A stretch of DNA of 44,291 bases from positions 1 through 44,291 of IMG/VR virus record IMGVR_UViG_3300012952_000032; one strand, given 5' to 3'. This document shows, in pieces, positions 1 to 8,943 of the stretch. The notes beneath the pieces were generated by a model, which searched no databases, had not been told where the DNA came from, and was given only the letters and a program-made list of their open reading frames with translations. The stretch comes from a virus. Lineage: Duplodnaviria; Caudoviricetes. Position 1 is the first letter of the stretch. Every line of letters starts with the position of its first letter. A program made the position numbers and the translations under genes.

Positions 1-2
1 AA

Positions 3-983
3 ACAAAAGAAAAAACAGGAACAGCATGGGTAATGACCGGAGTGCAGGGCACTGGTAAAGGTCAGTTCTACTATCGAATATTGCGACCAATCTTCGGTGA
101 CGAAGGGCAGGTTCCTATGAAAGCCTTAGAGAATATTGAAGAACAGTTTAACAGATTCATGACCAGGGCAATGTTCTTGGTAGTTGACGAGTTTCACATG
201 GCATCTGCCCATCAAGGTGCAAACAAGATGGCTGCAAAACTCAAGAATCAAATCACTGAAAACACAATCACTATCCGAGAAATGCGTACCGACCAGCGGG
301 AACAAAAGTCCTATACCAATTTTATATTTCTAACAAACAAACGAGATGCTATTCGGCTAGAAGAGGGGGATCGACGATACAACATTGCGCCTCGTCAAGA
401 AATTAAACTTGTTGAAGCCCATCCTAAGTTAGTAGACAACCTCGAAGATATAAAGTCAGAGCTGCAAGACTTTGCTAATTACTTGTCTAACTTTGAATAC
501 GTTGAAAAATTTATTAGGACTCCAATCGTTAACGTGTCCAAAGAAGAAATGCGACAACTTGCAATGGATGATTATGAGGAGTTCTTCCAAGCAATCAAAG
601 ATAAAGATATTGAATATTTTCTCCAAGTGTTTGACATCGTTCCTCGCGCAAGCGACATCGACATGATTTCAAATCTTGAAACATCTAAGCGATACGTTAA
701 AGGTTGGTTTACAAAGTACAGCAACAAAGAAATTATGATTAAACCTGATGTTTTGCAAATTATATTTGATGTCATTTATCAATACCCAGTTTCAAAACGA
801 TTAAACATTACTGGGTTTCGAAAGAAAGCAAAAGAATTTCTGGGAGTCAAAGCTAATGTCCAACAAAGATGTATTTCACACGACAACAAGCCCGTCAGGG
901 GTGTTCCTGTAGTATGGGAAATCAATAAGGAAATGGGAGAATTGCTCAATGAAAAGTTCGACGAACGACCCAATATTAGCTAG
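3..983 (+). CDS. Primase-associated SF3-like helicase (DUF5906/D5-like), 5'-truncated by window edge
   Basis: Frame is open from base 3; Walker A GVQGTGKG, Walker B FLVVDE, motif C FLTN, DRRY arginine finger. Confidence 0.85.
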   Translation, partial: TKEKTGTAWVMTGVQGTGKGQFYYRILRPIFGDEGQVPMKALENIEEQFNRFMTRAMFLVVDEFHMASAHQGANKMAAKLKNQITENTITIREMRTDQREQKSYTNFIFLTNKRDAIRLEEGDRRYNIAPRQEIKLVEAHPKLVDNLEDIKSELQDFANYLSNFEYVEKFIRTPIVNVSKEEMRQLAMDDYEEFFQAIKDKDIEYFLQVFDIVPRASDIDMISNLETSKRYVKGWFTKYSNKEIMIKPDVLQIIFDVIYQYPVSKRLNITGFRKKAKEFLGVKANVQQRCISHDNKPVRGVPVVWEINKEMGELLNEKFDERPNIS

Positions 984-989
984 ACTAAT
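975..989. promoter_or_regulatory. Palindromic operator-like site ATTAG-CTAGA-CTAAT
   Basis: Perfect copy of the genome-wide ATTAG-N5-CTAAT motif, at a gene junction. Confidence 0.6.
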
Positions 990-992
990 CAA

Positions 993-1745
993 ATGAGTAT
1001 GTTTCAGGACGAACGACCCGATGCTAAAAAGATCGCCACGGACAGGCCCAAAAAACTGGGTCCAGTACGAGCGTGGTCATACTCGACTTTAAAAAAGTTT
1101 GAAACCTGCCCTTATCAAATCTACATCGAGAAAGTCAAAAAGATACCCCAAGACAGCAGCCCCGCTGCGGATCGTGGTTCGGCTATACACCTAGAAGCCG
1201 AAGACTATGTAAAAGGCGATCTTGGCGAAGAAGTCCCTAAAAACCTTCATAAATTTAAAACTGATTTTGAAGAACTCAGAAGTCTTTATGAAGAAGGTAA
1301 AGTCGAGTTAGAGGGGGAGTGGGGCTTCGATCTTGACATGCAACCTGTCGGATGGCTCGAAGACAAAACGTGGGGGAGAATTAAACTCGACGCAATGGTA
1401 CTCGAAGATGAGACTTCTGCACGAGTTATTGACTACAAGACCGGGCGTAAAGACGGTAATGAAATCCCTCATTCACACCAAGCTCTGCTGTATGCCATAG
1501 GTTCTTTCTACAAATACCCCGACCTTCAATATGCCCAAACAGAACTTTGGTATCTGGATAAGGGTGAAACCATGATTAAAAACTACACTCGCAATGACGC
1601 AATGGTATTTGCTCCTGGCTATTACCAACGAGCTATACGCATGACAACAGCAACAGACTTTAACCCTACGCCCTCAAAACAAAATTGCAGATGGTGTAGC
1701 TACAGAAAAGGTGATGAACCGCAATGCGTACATGGAATTGACTAA
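993..1745 (+). CDS. PD-(D/E)XK exonuclease (Cas4/AddB-like, probable Fe-S cluster)
   Basis: WSYSTLKKFETCP at N-terminus, G..IH, IKLD...VIDYKTG, C-terminal CRWC...C (1+3 Cys pattern). Confidence 0.85.
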   Translation: MSMFQDERPDAKKIATDRPKKLGPVRAWSYSTLKKFETCPYQIYIEKVKKIPQDSSPAADRGSAIHLEAEDYVKGDLGEEVPKNLHKFKTDFEELRSLYEEGKVELEGEWGFDLDMQPVGWLEDKTWGRIKLDAMVLEDETSARVIDYKTGRKDGNEIPHSHQALLYAIGSFYKYPDLQYAQTELWYLDKGETMIKNYTRNDAMVFAPGYYQRAIRMTTATDFNPTPSKQNCRWCSYRKGDEPQCVHGID

Positions 1746-1784
1746 TTCCCCTGGACTGGGTGTTCTCTCCCACCCTTAGTCGTT

Positions 1785-1821
1785 GAGCAGTTGTGGTTTT
1801 TACTGCAACTGCTCTTTTTTT
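1785..1821 (+). terminator. Rho-independent terminator
   Basis: GAGCAGTTGTGG / CTGCAACTGCTC stem followed by T7. Confidence 0.8.
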
Positions 1822-1832
1822 CGGAGGTAAAC

Positions 1833-2144
1833 ATGCAACACGTAATGCCTGACGGTAACACAGCAGCACTAACGGCTTATCAATTAGAGCAAGACAAACT
1901 TTATCAAGAGTGGGAAGCCAATGAACCACAGCGTGAATACGAAATACAACAAAAAACAGAAGAACTAATGCACAACCAAGAACAGTTTTTTGATGCGCTA
2001 TATACCATTGAAGACAAGATACCTCACCAAGAACTTATATTGTGTATAGAAAATAAAGAAGACGCTGAACTTGGTAAAAAAATTAGAACCGTAATTGAAA
2101 GCAATTTAGAAGACTATGCACGAAAAATAGTGGAGGACGCATGA
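1833..2144 (+). CDS. Hypothetical acidic protein
   Basis: Start moved to ATG 1833 behind a GGAGG SD. Confidence 0.7.
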   Translation: MQHVMPDGNTAALTAYQLEQDKLYQEWEANEPQREYEIQQKTEELMHNQEQFFDALYTIEDKIPHQELILCIENKEDAELGKKIRTVIESNLEDYARKIVEDA

Positions 2145-2314
2145 AAGGTTTAGTTTATTTTACCGCATTTGTAATGTTTGTCATTGCAATCGCACAACTA
2201 GGTAGCGCACTAATGATTATGCTGTTAGCTGCTTTGTCAGTAGCTGTTATGTCTTTATTAGTCATTAGCGTTGACCAAATCAATCGACCATCAAACAAAA
2301 AGCAAAGGAGTTAA
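2141..2314 (+). CDS. Small membrane protein, 57 aa (not in ORF track)
   Basis: GGAGG SD, ATGA overlap with upstream stop; MKGLVYFTAFVMFVIAIAQLGSALMIMLLAALSVAVMSLLVISV... is hydrophobic. Confidence 0.65.
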   Translation: MKGLVYFTAFVMFVIAIAQLGSALMIMLLAALSVAVMSLLVISVDQINRPSNKKQRS

Positions 2315-2317
2315 CAC

Positions 2318-2614
2318 ATGTTACTTGCAGGAGTCATCGCGGCAGCAGGTCTGCTATTTCTCGTTTTCAAACTAGGTATGCGTAAAGTAGTAGGTTACGA
2401 CATCTTATTTGACATCCTTATCACCGCTGTACTTATGGCATCACTAGCTGGTACTTACTCTGGCATGATGGCTGCTCTTTTCGGTGGCTTACTTGTCTCA
2501 GTTGTTTTATTCATTATGAAAAAAACAATGCACCACCAAAAACTTCACTATGTGCGTACTAACGAATTCCCATATCGAGGCTTCGCATGGAAAACTCACC
2601 TGCCAGAAAAATAA
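2318..2614 (+). CDS. Hypothetical membrane protein (about 3 TM)
   Basis: AAGGAG SD; long hydrophobic segments. Confidence 0.75.
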   Translation: MLLAGVIAAAGLLFLVFKLGMRKVVGYDILFDILITAVLMASLAGTYSGMMAALFGGLLVSVVLFIMKKTMHHQKLHYVRTNEFPYRGFAWKTHLPEK

Positions 2615-2739
2615 GAAAAAAGATTCGAACTTGCAGTAAATGTGGAGGGAACGAAGAATCTGTTATCAAAGTTGTACCACAGACATTTGAAGTCGTAGGT
2701 TGGTATTGTCCAACTTGTAAGATTATGAAAAACAAATGA
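2587..2739 (+). CDS. Small zinc-ribbon protein, 50 aa (not in ORF track)
   Basis: MENSPARKIRKKIRTCSKCGG...WYCPTCKIMKNK has two CxxC motifs; GAGG SD; stop overlaps next ATG. Confidence 0.6.
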   Translation: MENSPARKIRKKIRTCSKCGGNEESVIKVVPQTFEVVGWYCPTCKIMKNK

Positions 2740-2936
2740 TAACTTTTGTGTTAGTCATAATGATCGGTGGACAAACAATCGCAACAAATTGCGAAGACGG
2801 AGCTTTATGTTTTGAAACCTATGACAAATGCAGTGTTTTTGCACGACGACTAAACAATCGACCAGATTTAGATATTCAAGCCTACTGTGAGCGACAAAGT
2901 ATTTATAAGTTTAAATATGCACCTATCAAACTATAG
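2736..2936 (+). CDS. Hypothetical Cys-containing small protein
   Basis: Translationally coupled ORF with hydrophobic N-terminus and 4 Cys. Confidence 0.6.
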   Translation: MITFVLVIMIGGQTIATNCEDGALCFETYDKCSVFARRLNNRPDLDIQAYCERQSIYKFKYAPIKL

Positions 2937-2945
2937 GAGAACGCA

Positions 2946-3164
2946 ATGGAAAGCGGGATGTTTATTACAGACGAAGACGGAAACGAATGGCAGTACGAAC
3001 TCAAAACTGATCCTGAACAAGCTATGTTTTGGAGTACCCACAGAATTAAAAAATCAGAAATTAAAATCCTCAATTGTCCAGATCGAACAAAAGCAGCAGA
3101 ACTCCGACAGATGCTGGTAGAAGCCTTTGAAATAGAAAGAAAACTTCTCGCCAGTAATGATTAG
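2946..3164 (+). CDS. Hypothetical protein
   Basis: AGGAG SD; fits the operon. Confidence 0.7.
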   Translation: MESGMFITDEDGNEWQYELKTDPEQAMFWSTHRIKKSEIKILNCPDRTKAAELRQMLVEAFEIERKLLASND

Positions 3165-3210
3165 TTAGACTAATAAAATGCTTGCTTTCAATGATTAGCT
3201 GTACTAATCT
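3160..3210 (+). promoter_or_regulatory. Two ATTAG-N5-CTAAT sites plus sigma70-like promoter
   Basis: Palindromes at 3160-3174 and 3194-3208; TTGCTT(3182)-N17-TAATCT(3205). Confidence 0.65.
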
Positions 3211-3236
3211 AACAAACCTAACTTACTAATATAATT

Positions 3237-4592
3237 ATGAAACTTAAACCATTTAAACATCAAACAACAACTACTGAATTCATACTAACTAACACTAAAT
3301 GCTTAATTACATCAGACCCCGGAACTGGCAAAACACGAAGCGTATTAGACGCTTTTAACCAGTTATCTACTGAAGGTAGTCTTTTAGTTCTAGCCCCGTT
3401 GTCCATCCTACAAGCCAGTTGGGGCGATGACATTCAGAAGTTCACTCCTAATCTAAGTTACTCAGTAGCTTATGCTCGGAATCGTACTGCTGCGTTTAAA
3501 GAGAACAGCAACATCGTTATCACTAACCACGATGCTGTTAAGTGGCTTGCAAAAAATCCTGATGTACTTGACCAGTTTACTATGCTCTGTATCGACGAGT
3601 TCACTGCATTTAAAAATGCTAACTCACAGCGTAGTAAAGCGGCCCAGGCTATTTCACATCGCTTTGATCGTGTTGTAGCTATGTCCGGTACACCCAATAG
3701 CAATTCAATAACTGACATTTGGCATCCAGCAATGTTAGTTGACGGTGGTGAACGACTGGGTAGGCGCTTCTATACATTCCGCCAACAAGTGTGTACGCCA
3801 ATCCATAACGGATTTGGTATTGAATGGAAAGACAAAGACGATGCTGAAGAAACAGTAGCAATCGCAATAGGGGACATCAGCATTCGGTTCGAGCTTGAAC
3901 AGTGTATCGATATGCCAGAACAATCAACTCACCGCATGTACACAACACTACCCAAAACCATACAACAGCAATACAACCAGCTTGCTGAAGATTCTGTTCT
4001 GTACACAGGCAAACGAACCATCAATGCAATTCATGCAGGTGCTCGTGTTAAAAAATTATTACAGCTATGCACAGGCGCAATCTACGATCAGCAAGGCGAA
4101 TCTGCTGGTATCCATAATGAACGCTACGACATGGTTATTGATCTCATTAAGAATCGTAAACATAGCCTTGTGGCATTTAACTGGAAACACGAACGCGAGG
4201 CGCTAGTTGCCAAGTGCGAAAAAGAAAAGATTAGTTATGGCGTTATTGATGGCGAAACACCTGCTGTCAAACGCACCGAAATAGTAGGGCGATTACAAGC
4301 GGGACAACTACAAGTAGTCTTTGCTCATCCCCAATCAGCAGGTCACGGCCTTACGATGACTAAAGCAACCACAGTCATCTGGGCCTCTCCAACGTACAAC
4401 GCTGAACATTATCAACAATTCAACCGACGGATTTACCGTGCTGGTCAAACACAAAAGACGCAGATCATTCAGATCGCAGCCCGAAACACATGGGAACCTG
4501 ATGTGTATGAAAAGTTAGAAGGGAAGCTAGGTCGAATGGAAAACCTATTAACAGTCCTTAATCAATTACACGAGGTGAAAAAAGCATCATGA
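3237..4592 (+). CDS. SNF2-family (SF2) helicase
   Basis: DPGTGKT, LCIDE, MSGTP, SAGHGLTM and QFNRRIYRAGQ motifs. Confidence 0.92.
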   Translation: MKLKPFKHQTTTTEFILTNTKCLITSDPGTGKTRSVLDAFNQLSTEGSLLVLAPLSILQASWGDDIQKFTPNLSYSVAYARNRTAAFKENSNIVITNHDAVKWLAKNPDVLDQFTMLCIDEFTAFKNANSQRSKAAQAISHRFDRVVAMSGTPNSNSITDIWHPAMLVDGGERLGRRFYTFRQQVCTPIHNGFGIEWKDKDDAEETVAIAIGDISIRFELEQCIDMPEQSTHRMYTTLPKTIQQQYNQLAEDSVLYTGKRTINAIHAGARVKKLLQLCTGAIYDQQGESAGIHNERYDMVIDLIKNRKHSLVAFNWKHEREALVAKCEKEKISYGVIDGETPAVKRTEIVGRLQAGQLQVVFAHPQSAGHGLTMTKATTVIWASPTYNAEHYQQFNRRIYRAGQTQKTQIIQIAARNTWEPDVYEKLEGKLGRMENLLTVLNQLHEVKKAS

Positions 4593-4984
4593 ATCAACCA
4601 GCACTTAATGTTGTAAAAACAAAAGGTGAACTTATCAATGACTACGGCAATTTGCAGCACGAAATAAAGCAAGCCAACGCAGTGGTAAGTGATCTTAAAA
4701 AGCAAGCTGAAGAAGTTAAATACAAAATTATGCACACAATGGAAGACCAAGGAGAAACCCGATCTGCCACTGATAACTTCTCTGTCACTCTTAAAGAAGA
4801 TGTGCTGCCACAAATCACAGATTTCGATGCGTTGTGCAACTGGGTATTGGAAACTCAAAACTTCGGTTTATTCCGTAAACAACTGTTAGCCACAGCGTAC
4901 CGCGAAGAATTGCAACTTAACGAAGCAATACCGGGCGTAGAGCCTGTCACTAAACAAAATCTTACTTTTAAAACTCTTAAATAG
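4589..4984 (+). CDS. Hypothetical protein with N-terminal coiled coil (replication/recombination module)
   Basis: Coupled ORF; heptad-like N-terminus and IPGVE C-terminal motif typical of phage replication-module proteins. Confidence 0.7.
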   Translation: MNQPALNVVKTKGELINDYGNLQHEIKQANAVVSDLKKQAEEVKYKIMHTMEDQGETRSATDNFSVTLKEDVLPQITDFDALCNWVLETQNFGLFRKQLLATAYREELQLNEAIPGVEPVTKQNLTFKTLK

Positions 4985-4993
4985 GTAATACTT

Positions 4994-5740
4994 ATGGCAA
5001 AGCAACAAGCAACCACACCCACTAAAAACAATAATGCAGTTGTTATGAGCGCAGACATGTCTGTCGTTCCTGACTACATTGATATTAATAGTGGTAGGGG
5101 TAACGAAAACGTAGGCGGGGAGTTACAAATCCCACGCTTAAAGCAACTACAAAAAGCCTCCAACGAGGTAGATAAGCACCACCCTGATTTTGTCGAAGGT
5201 GCAGAGGTAGGCGACTGGCTTGATACAGTACAAAAGAAAAGCCTGGGCCAATCTATCCGCGTTGTATCTGTTAACTTCAAAACTCTTTATGTTGTCTGGA
5301 AAAATCGCAATGTCCCTGGTTCTCCTCAAAAGCTCGGTGAATTCAATACAGCCGAAGAAGCCAATGCAACAGTAGCTGAACAAGATCAACAGGAATTTAC
5401 AATTGGTAAAGGTGAAAATGCGACAACAATACCTTACTGGACTGTCTCTAAGTCACATAAGCACCTTGTTCTTGCGTTTGATGCTGACGATAACTTGTTT
5501 CCTACACCCTTTATACTGGATTTTTCTAATTCTAAGATTACTCCCTCTAACAACTGGAACACCAAAATCGCTGCCTTGGCAGGTGATCGGTTTGCCAGTG
5601 TTTGGGAGATCAAGTCTAACTATGTCACCAAAGGCGAGAATGGTTGGTACAACATTGATGCCGAAGGTCCAAAAGGTTGGCTTGCTGAAAACCACTATAA
5701 GGTAGCGGAAGAATTGTACGCAAGTACCCAGGAATTCTAA
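4994..5740 (+). CDS. Putative ssDNA-binding/annealing protein
   Basis: ORF is solid (AGGT SD); function inferred from position between helicase and VRR-NUC and from aromatic-rich beta content. Confidence 0.5.
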   Translation: MAKQQATTPTKNNNAVVMSADMSVVPDYIDINSGRGNENVGGELQIPRLKQLQKASNEVDKHHPDFVEGAEVGDWLDTVQKKSLGQSIRVVSVNFKTLYVVWKNRNVPGSPQKLGEFNTAEEANATVAEQDQQEFTIGKGENATTIPYWTVSKSHKHLVLAFDADDNLFPTPFILDFSNSKITPSNNWNTKIAALAGDRFASVWEIKSNYVTKGENGWYNIDAEGPKGWLAENHYKVAEELYASTQEF

Positions 5741-5748
5741 CACCACCC

Positions 5749-5815
5749 TGACCAAAGGCTTTTGTCAGCCTTCCTCCTTGTGATTCCGCCAGAGATCATG
5801 GTCAAAAAATCTGGC
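5749..5815 (+). ncRNA. Candidate three-way-junction RNA with pseudoknot
   Basis: P1 TGACCA/TGGTCA, P2 AAGGCT/AGCCTT, P3 TGATT/GATCA; loop GCCAGA pairs with downstream TCTGGC. Confidence 0.5.
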
Positions 5816-5822
5816 ACTTTAA

Positions 5823-6260
5823 ATGAATGAACACTCGTTCGTTAAAAGTGTCCACCGAAAACTAGATAAATCAGTTTATGTGTGGAAAATTGCAGACCGC
5901 TACAGCGGAGGAGTTCCCGACGCTATGTATGCTGGACCCGCAGGTATTCTGTTCATCGAATACAAATACATAAAATTACCTAAACGTCTTACAACTTTTA
6001 TAAACACAGGCTTATCCCCTCTTCAAGAGCAATGGATTACACAAATGCAGCAATGGAAGCACCCAACTTGGTTGGTAATAGGTGCTGACAAATCCTGTTT
6101 AATCCTTAATAAGTTGACAAAAAATATTAGTACCGCTTATTATCATGAAAATAAAACGGATACTAAAACATTAGCCCAGCTAATTACGGATGTAACACAA
6201 GGCCAACCAAATGAACAAAAGATCACCCGCGCAAAATCTAAAAAGAATTTGGGAAAATAA
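5823..6260 (+). CDS. VRR-NUC / PD-(D/E)XK resolvase-like nuclease
   Basis: N-terminal E, GVPD, FIEYK, LSPLQ motifs. Confidence 0.8.
   Translation: MNEHSFVKSVHRKLDKSVYVWKIADRYSGGVPDAMYAGPAGILFIEYKYIKLPKRLTTFINTGLSPLQEQWITQMQQWKHPTWLVIGADKSCLILNKLTKNISTAYYHENKTDTKTLAQLITDVTQGQPNEQKITRAKSKKNLGK
6114..6184 (+). promoter_or_regulatory. Internal promoter with two operator-like palindromes upstream of the HTH gene
   Basis: TTGACA(6114)-N18-TATTAT(6138); ATTAG-TACCG-CTTAT 6126-6140; ATTAG-CCCAG-CTAAT 6170-6184. Confidence 0.65.
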
Positions 6261-6828
6261 AGCGCACGAATTCAAATTCACCCAACGCCAAGCAGCTAAA
6301 AAACTCGACTGGTCACAAGGAGCTATTTCTCAATACCTTAATGGAATCACTGAGTTAAGTCCTCAAGCCATAGTTAAAATGGCTAATTTTCTTGGTGTAG
6401 CTCCACACGACATAGACCCGGATTTAGACCCAGGTGATATCCCCCAAAAAGGATATTGGCCTGTGTTGGGCAATACTTCAGGCGCACCTTCTACTGTCGA
6501 ACGAAAACTATTTAATGTCACTGGACTAGAAAGCGGTGTTTTCCATGTAGATAAACCTATTGATTACCAATCGATTGCACCTAATAAATTTGGTAAACCA
6601 GAAATAGGAACATCCAAAATGGATGCAGGTATCAACTTGGTTGTCGCACCTGCTGAAAAAAATTATGTAGTTGATAAAAATTGTGACCCTAATTTTCCAC
6701 CACTGAAGCCCAATGTTTGGTTAGTGGTATATCAAAGTAACAAACCTGCAAAAATGTTTAGGCAAGACGAAGTACCAAAAGCTAAAAATGCAAAAATATA
6801 CCGAGTAAGAGCAGTCCTATTTGCATAA
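6211..6828 (+). CDS. XRE-family HTH regulator (CI-like N-terminus)
   Basis: FTQRQAAKKLDWSQGAISQYLNG HTH followed by A.FLGV. Confidence 0.85.
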   Translation: MNKRSPAQNLKRIWENKAHEFKFTQRQAAKKLDWSQGAISQYLNGITELSPQAIVKMANFLGVAPHDIDPDLDPGDIPQKGYWPVLGNTSGAPSTVERKLFNVTGLESGVFHVDKPIDYQSIAPNKFGKPEIGTSKMDAGINLVVAPAEKNYVVDKNCDPNFPPLKPNVWLVVYQSNKPAKMFRQDEVPKAKNAKIYRVRAVLFA

Positions 6829-6861
6829 CTATGAAATAGCATTAATAACAAGGGGGAGAAA

Positions 6862-7287
6862 ATGAATAAAGATACCGCGAGGTTTATAGATCGTATACAA
6901 AAAATCAAATCAAAACTTAGGTTAAACTACAAAGAAATTGCAAAGTCTTCAAAACTTGAAGTAAGTTTAGTCAAGCGCATTTTTAATGGAAAACAAGAAC
7001 CAAAACTTAGTGAAGTTGCAGGGATTGCATTTGCATTAGGCACAACAATGAATTACTTGACTAATCACGAAGACACTGAATATATGCTAAGTAAAACTCG
7101 TGACATACATTCTGATTGTCTTAAATTCCAAGGTGAGCTTCAACAAATGGCAGCTTGGTTAGAAAAAACGATAGATATAAATGACTACCAACTGAGATAC
7201 TATGAACACATTTTAGGAAGAGTAGACGCACTAAAAGAGCACCCCGCACCCAAAGTACGAATTAAAAAACCTGAGTTTATTTCTTAA
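6862..7287 (+). CDS. XRE-family HTH regulator
   Basis: LNYKEIAKSSKLEVSLVKRIFNGKQEPKLSEVAGIAFALG; GGGGGAG SD. Confidence 0.8.
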   Translation: MNKDTARFIDRIQKIKSKLRLNYKEIAKSSKLEVSLVKRIFNGKQEPKLSEVAGIAFALGTTMNYLTNHEDTEYMLSKTRDIHSDCLKFQGELQQMAAWLEKTIDINDYQLRYYEHILGRVDALKEHPAPKVRIKKPEFIS

Positions 7288-7300
7288 TACAATTAGCCAC

Positions 7301-7325
7301 AAATAAATACTATTAGTATTTATTT
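7301..7325. promoter_or_regulatory. Perfect 25-bp AT-rich palindrome
   Basis: AAATAAATACTA-T-TAGTATTTATTT. Confidence 0.5.
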
Positions 7326-7516
7326 ATCAGTTACTTATATAACTTTTGGTTATAAGTCACTCACTGACCTTCAAATTAACCTTTTCGTTAAGTTATTCAT
7401 CTGATGCACTAAAAAAGGTCAAAGATTGACTCGCAAAATGCTAATAATTTTGTAGTTGTGATGTACTATTATAAGCCTTGCTAATCATTACTAATCATAA
7501 TAGAGGAGGGCTAATA

Positions 7517-7810
7517 ATGAACTCAGCGGATTTTATCAACAAAACACTAGAAATTATGTTAAATCGTTACGGGCCTTTCATGACCGTCCACGAATACGCA
7601 GAAGTCATGAAGTTGCAACCCGATACCGTTTATAAACAAATTGCCGACGGAACTGTTGATGTTGGAACCATTGAAAATCCAAACCGAAGGAAGCATTTGT
7701 TTCCAACAGCGTTAGTCGCACAGTACGTTTTACAAGTAATAGGTGATATACCTGCTGATAACGATGAAGATTATTTTAGACTGCACAAAATTGTGCCTAT
7801 AAGAAAATAA
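7517..7810 (+). CDS. Excisionase-like HTH protein
   Basis: FMTVHEYAEVMKLQPDTVYKQIADG (HTH_17-like); GAGGAGG SD; converges on the integrase. Confidence 0.75.
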   Translation: MNSADFINKTLEIMLNRYGPFMTVHEYAEVMKLQPDTVYKQIADGTVDVGTIENPNRRKHLFPTALVAQYVLQVIGDIPADNDEDYFRLHKIVPIRK

Positions 7811-7813
7811 AAC

Positions 7814-8926
7814 CTATTTCATTTTTTTAGCAACATCTTCAGCTTGGAGATGCGTGTACCGCTTTAATTGACTCCAAGTTTTATGCCCAGAAATTTTTGC
7901 TACTTCTGGAATACTTAATTTAGGTTTCCTTTCAAACAATCTACTTATGGCTTCGTGCCGCAAATCATGAAAAGTAAGTTCTTTAGCTGGATAACTAAGC
8001 CTGTCTGTTAGGTTTTTAAACCGCTGTCCAATACTTGCAGTCTTTTCTATCTCAGTAAACAGATAGTCCCCAGGTCTGCATATCTGTCTGTACTCCAGTA
8101 ATGCTTTCTTCAACTCTGGTGTAATAGGTACATGTTGATCTTTAGGTCGCTTCGGGTCTTTCCTCGCTTTAATAACCTGAACATCCTTATCCAAATCAAG
8201 CAAAGACCATTGCATCCGGTGAATTTCCCCTTCTCTCATTGCACTTGTAATGGCAATTCGCACCATCCAATAAATCCAATCCAACTTACCCCATGTATTT
8301 AAACAGGTGTTCAGCAACAAATTCTCTTCAGTGCCTTTGAAGTTCTTTGGCAATTTGGCAAAGACAGGTGGCGTTTTGTACAGTCTCCTGTCCCGTTCCT
8401 CACTCTGGCCTATCATTCCTTCTTCTGTCAAAAACTCCATTACATCAGGCCAAGGATCGTTTTTTATCACCTTTCTATATACTGTTTTCCTCGACCAACG
8501 TATCGCTTGACCAATCGCCAAACATTGCTTTTTAAGTGTGCTTGCCGATACACGAGATAACCTGTCGTCAGCATAACCATACATCGTGTCTGTTGTTAGC
8601 TCTGAAATTTTAATCCCACGCAATTCACGCATCGACAACCCAAGCGTTTTGAACTTCGAGTCGTTCATTTCTTTTTTACCGCTAGTGTGCAGTTGTCTGT
8701 AACTGAGGATTACTTGATCTATTGTTGGCTCGACGTTGCGCTGTAGTTTAGGAGGGAGTTCAAGCTGTTCTTTACCAAAGACTTTCGCTTGGTCAATGTC
8801 AGCTTCTTTTTTATTGGCCCACATTTTTGCCTGTTGTTTAGTGGGGAAGTTTGCTTGTAAATCTGGGAAACCTGCACGACGGATTCGCGCTCTCCAGGCT
8901 TTGCCATTGCGACCTATAGTTGCCAT
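7814..8926 (-). CDS. int: Tyrosine recombinase (phage integrase)
   Basis: Catalytic AMREGEI (R), FHDLRH (HxxR), SGH and RYTH (Y); N-terminal arm-binding-like MATIGRNGKAWRARIRR. Confidence 0.95.
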   Translation of the reverse strand: MATIGRNGKAWRARIRRAGFPDLQANFPTKQQAKMWANKKEADIDQAKVFGKEQLELPPKLQRNVEPTIDQVILSYRQLHTSGKKEMNDSKFKTLGLSMRELRGIKISELTTDTMYGYADDRLSRVSASTLKKQCLAIGQAIRWSRKTVYRKVIKNDPWPDVMEFLTEEGMIGQSEERDRRLYKTPPVFAKLPKNFKGTEENLLLNTCLNTWGKLDWIYWMVRIAITSAMREGEIHRMQWSLLDLDKDVQVIKARKDPKRPKDQHVPITPELKKALLEYRQICRPGDYLFTEIEKTASIGQRFKNLTDRLSYPAKELTFHDLRHEAISRLFERKPKLSIPEVAKISGHKTWSQLKRYTHLQAEDVAKKMK

Positions 8927-8943
8927 TCTTCCTCTTTCCTAAG

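Noticed and set aside
993-1745. CRISPR-associated cas4
   Set aside because: No cas genes or array; stand-alone Cas4-like nucleases are ordinary in phage replication modules
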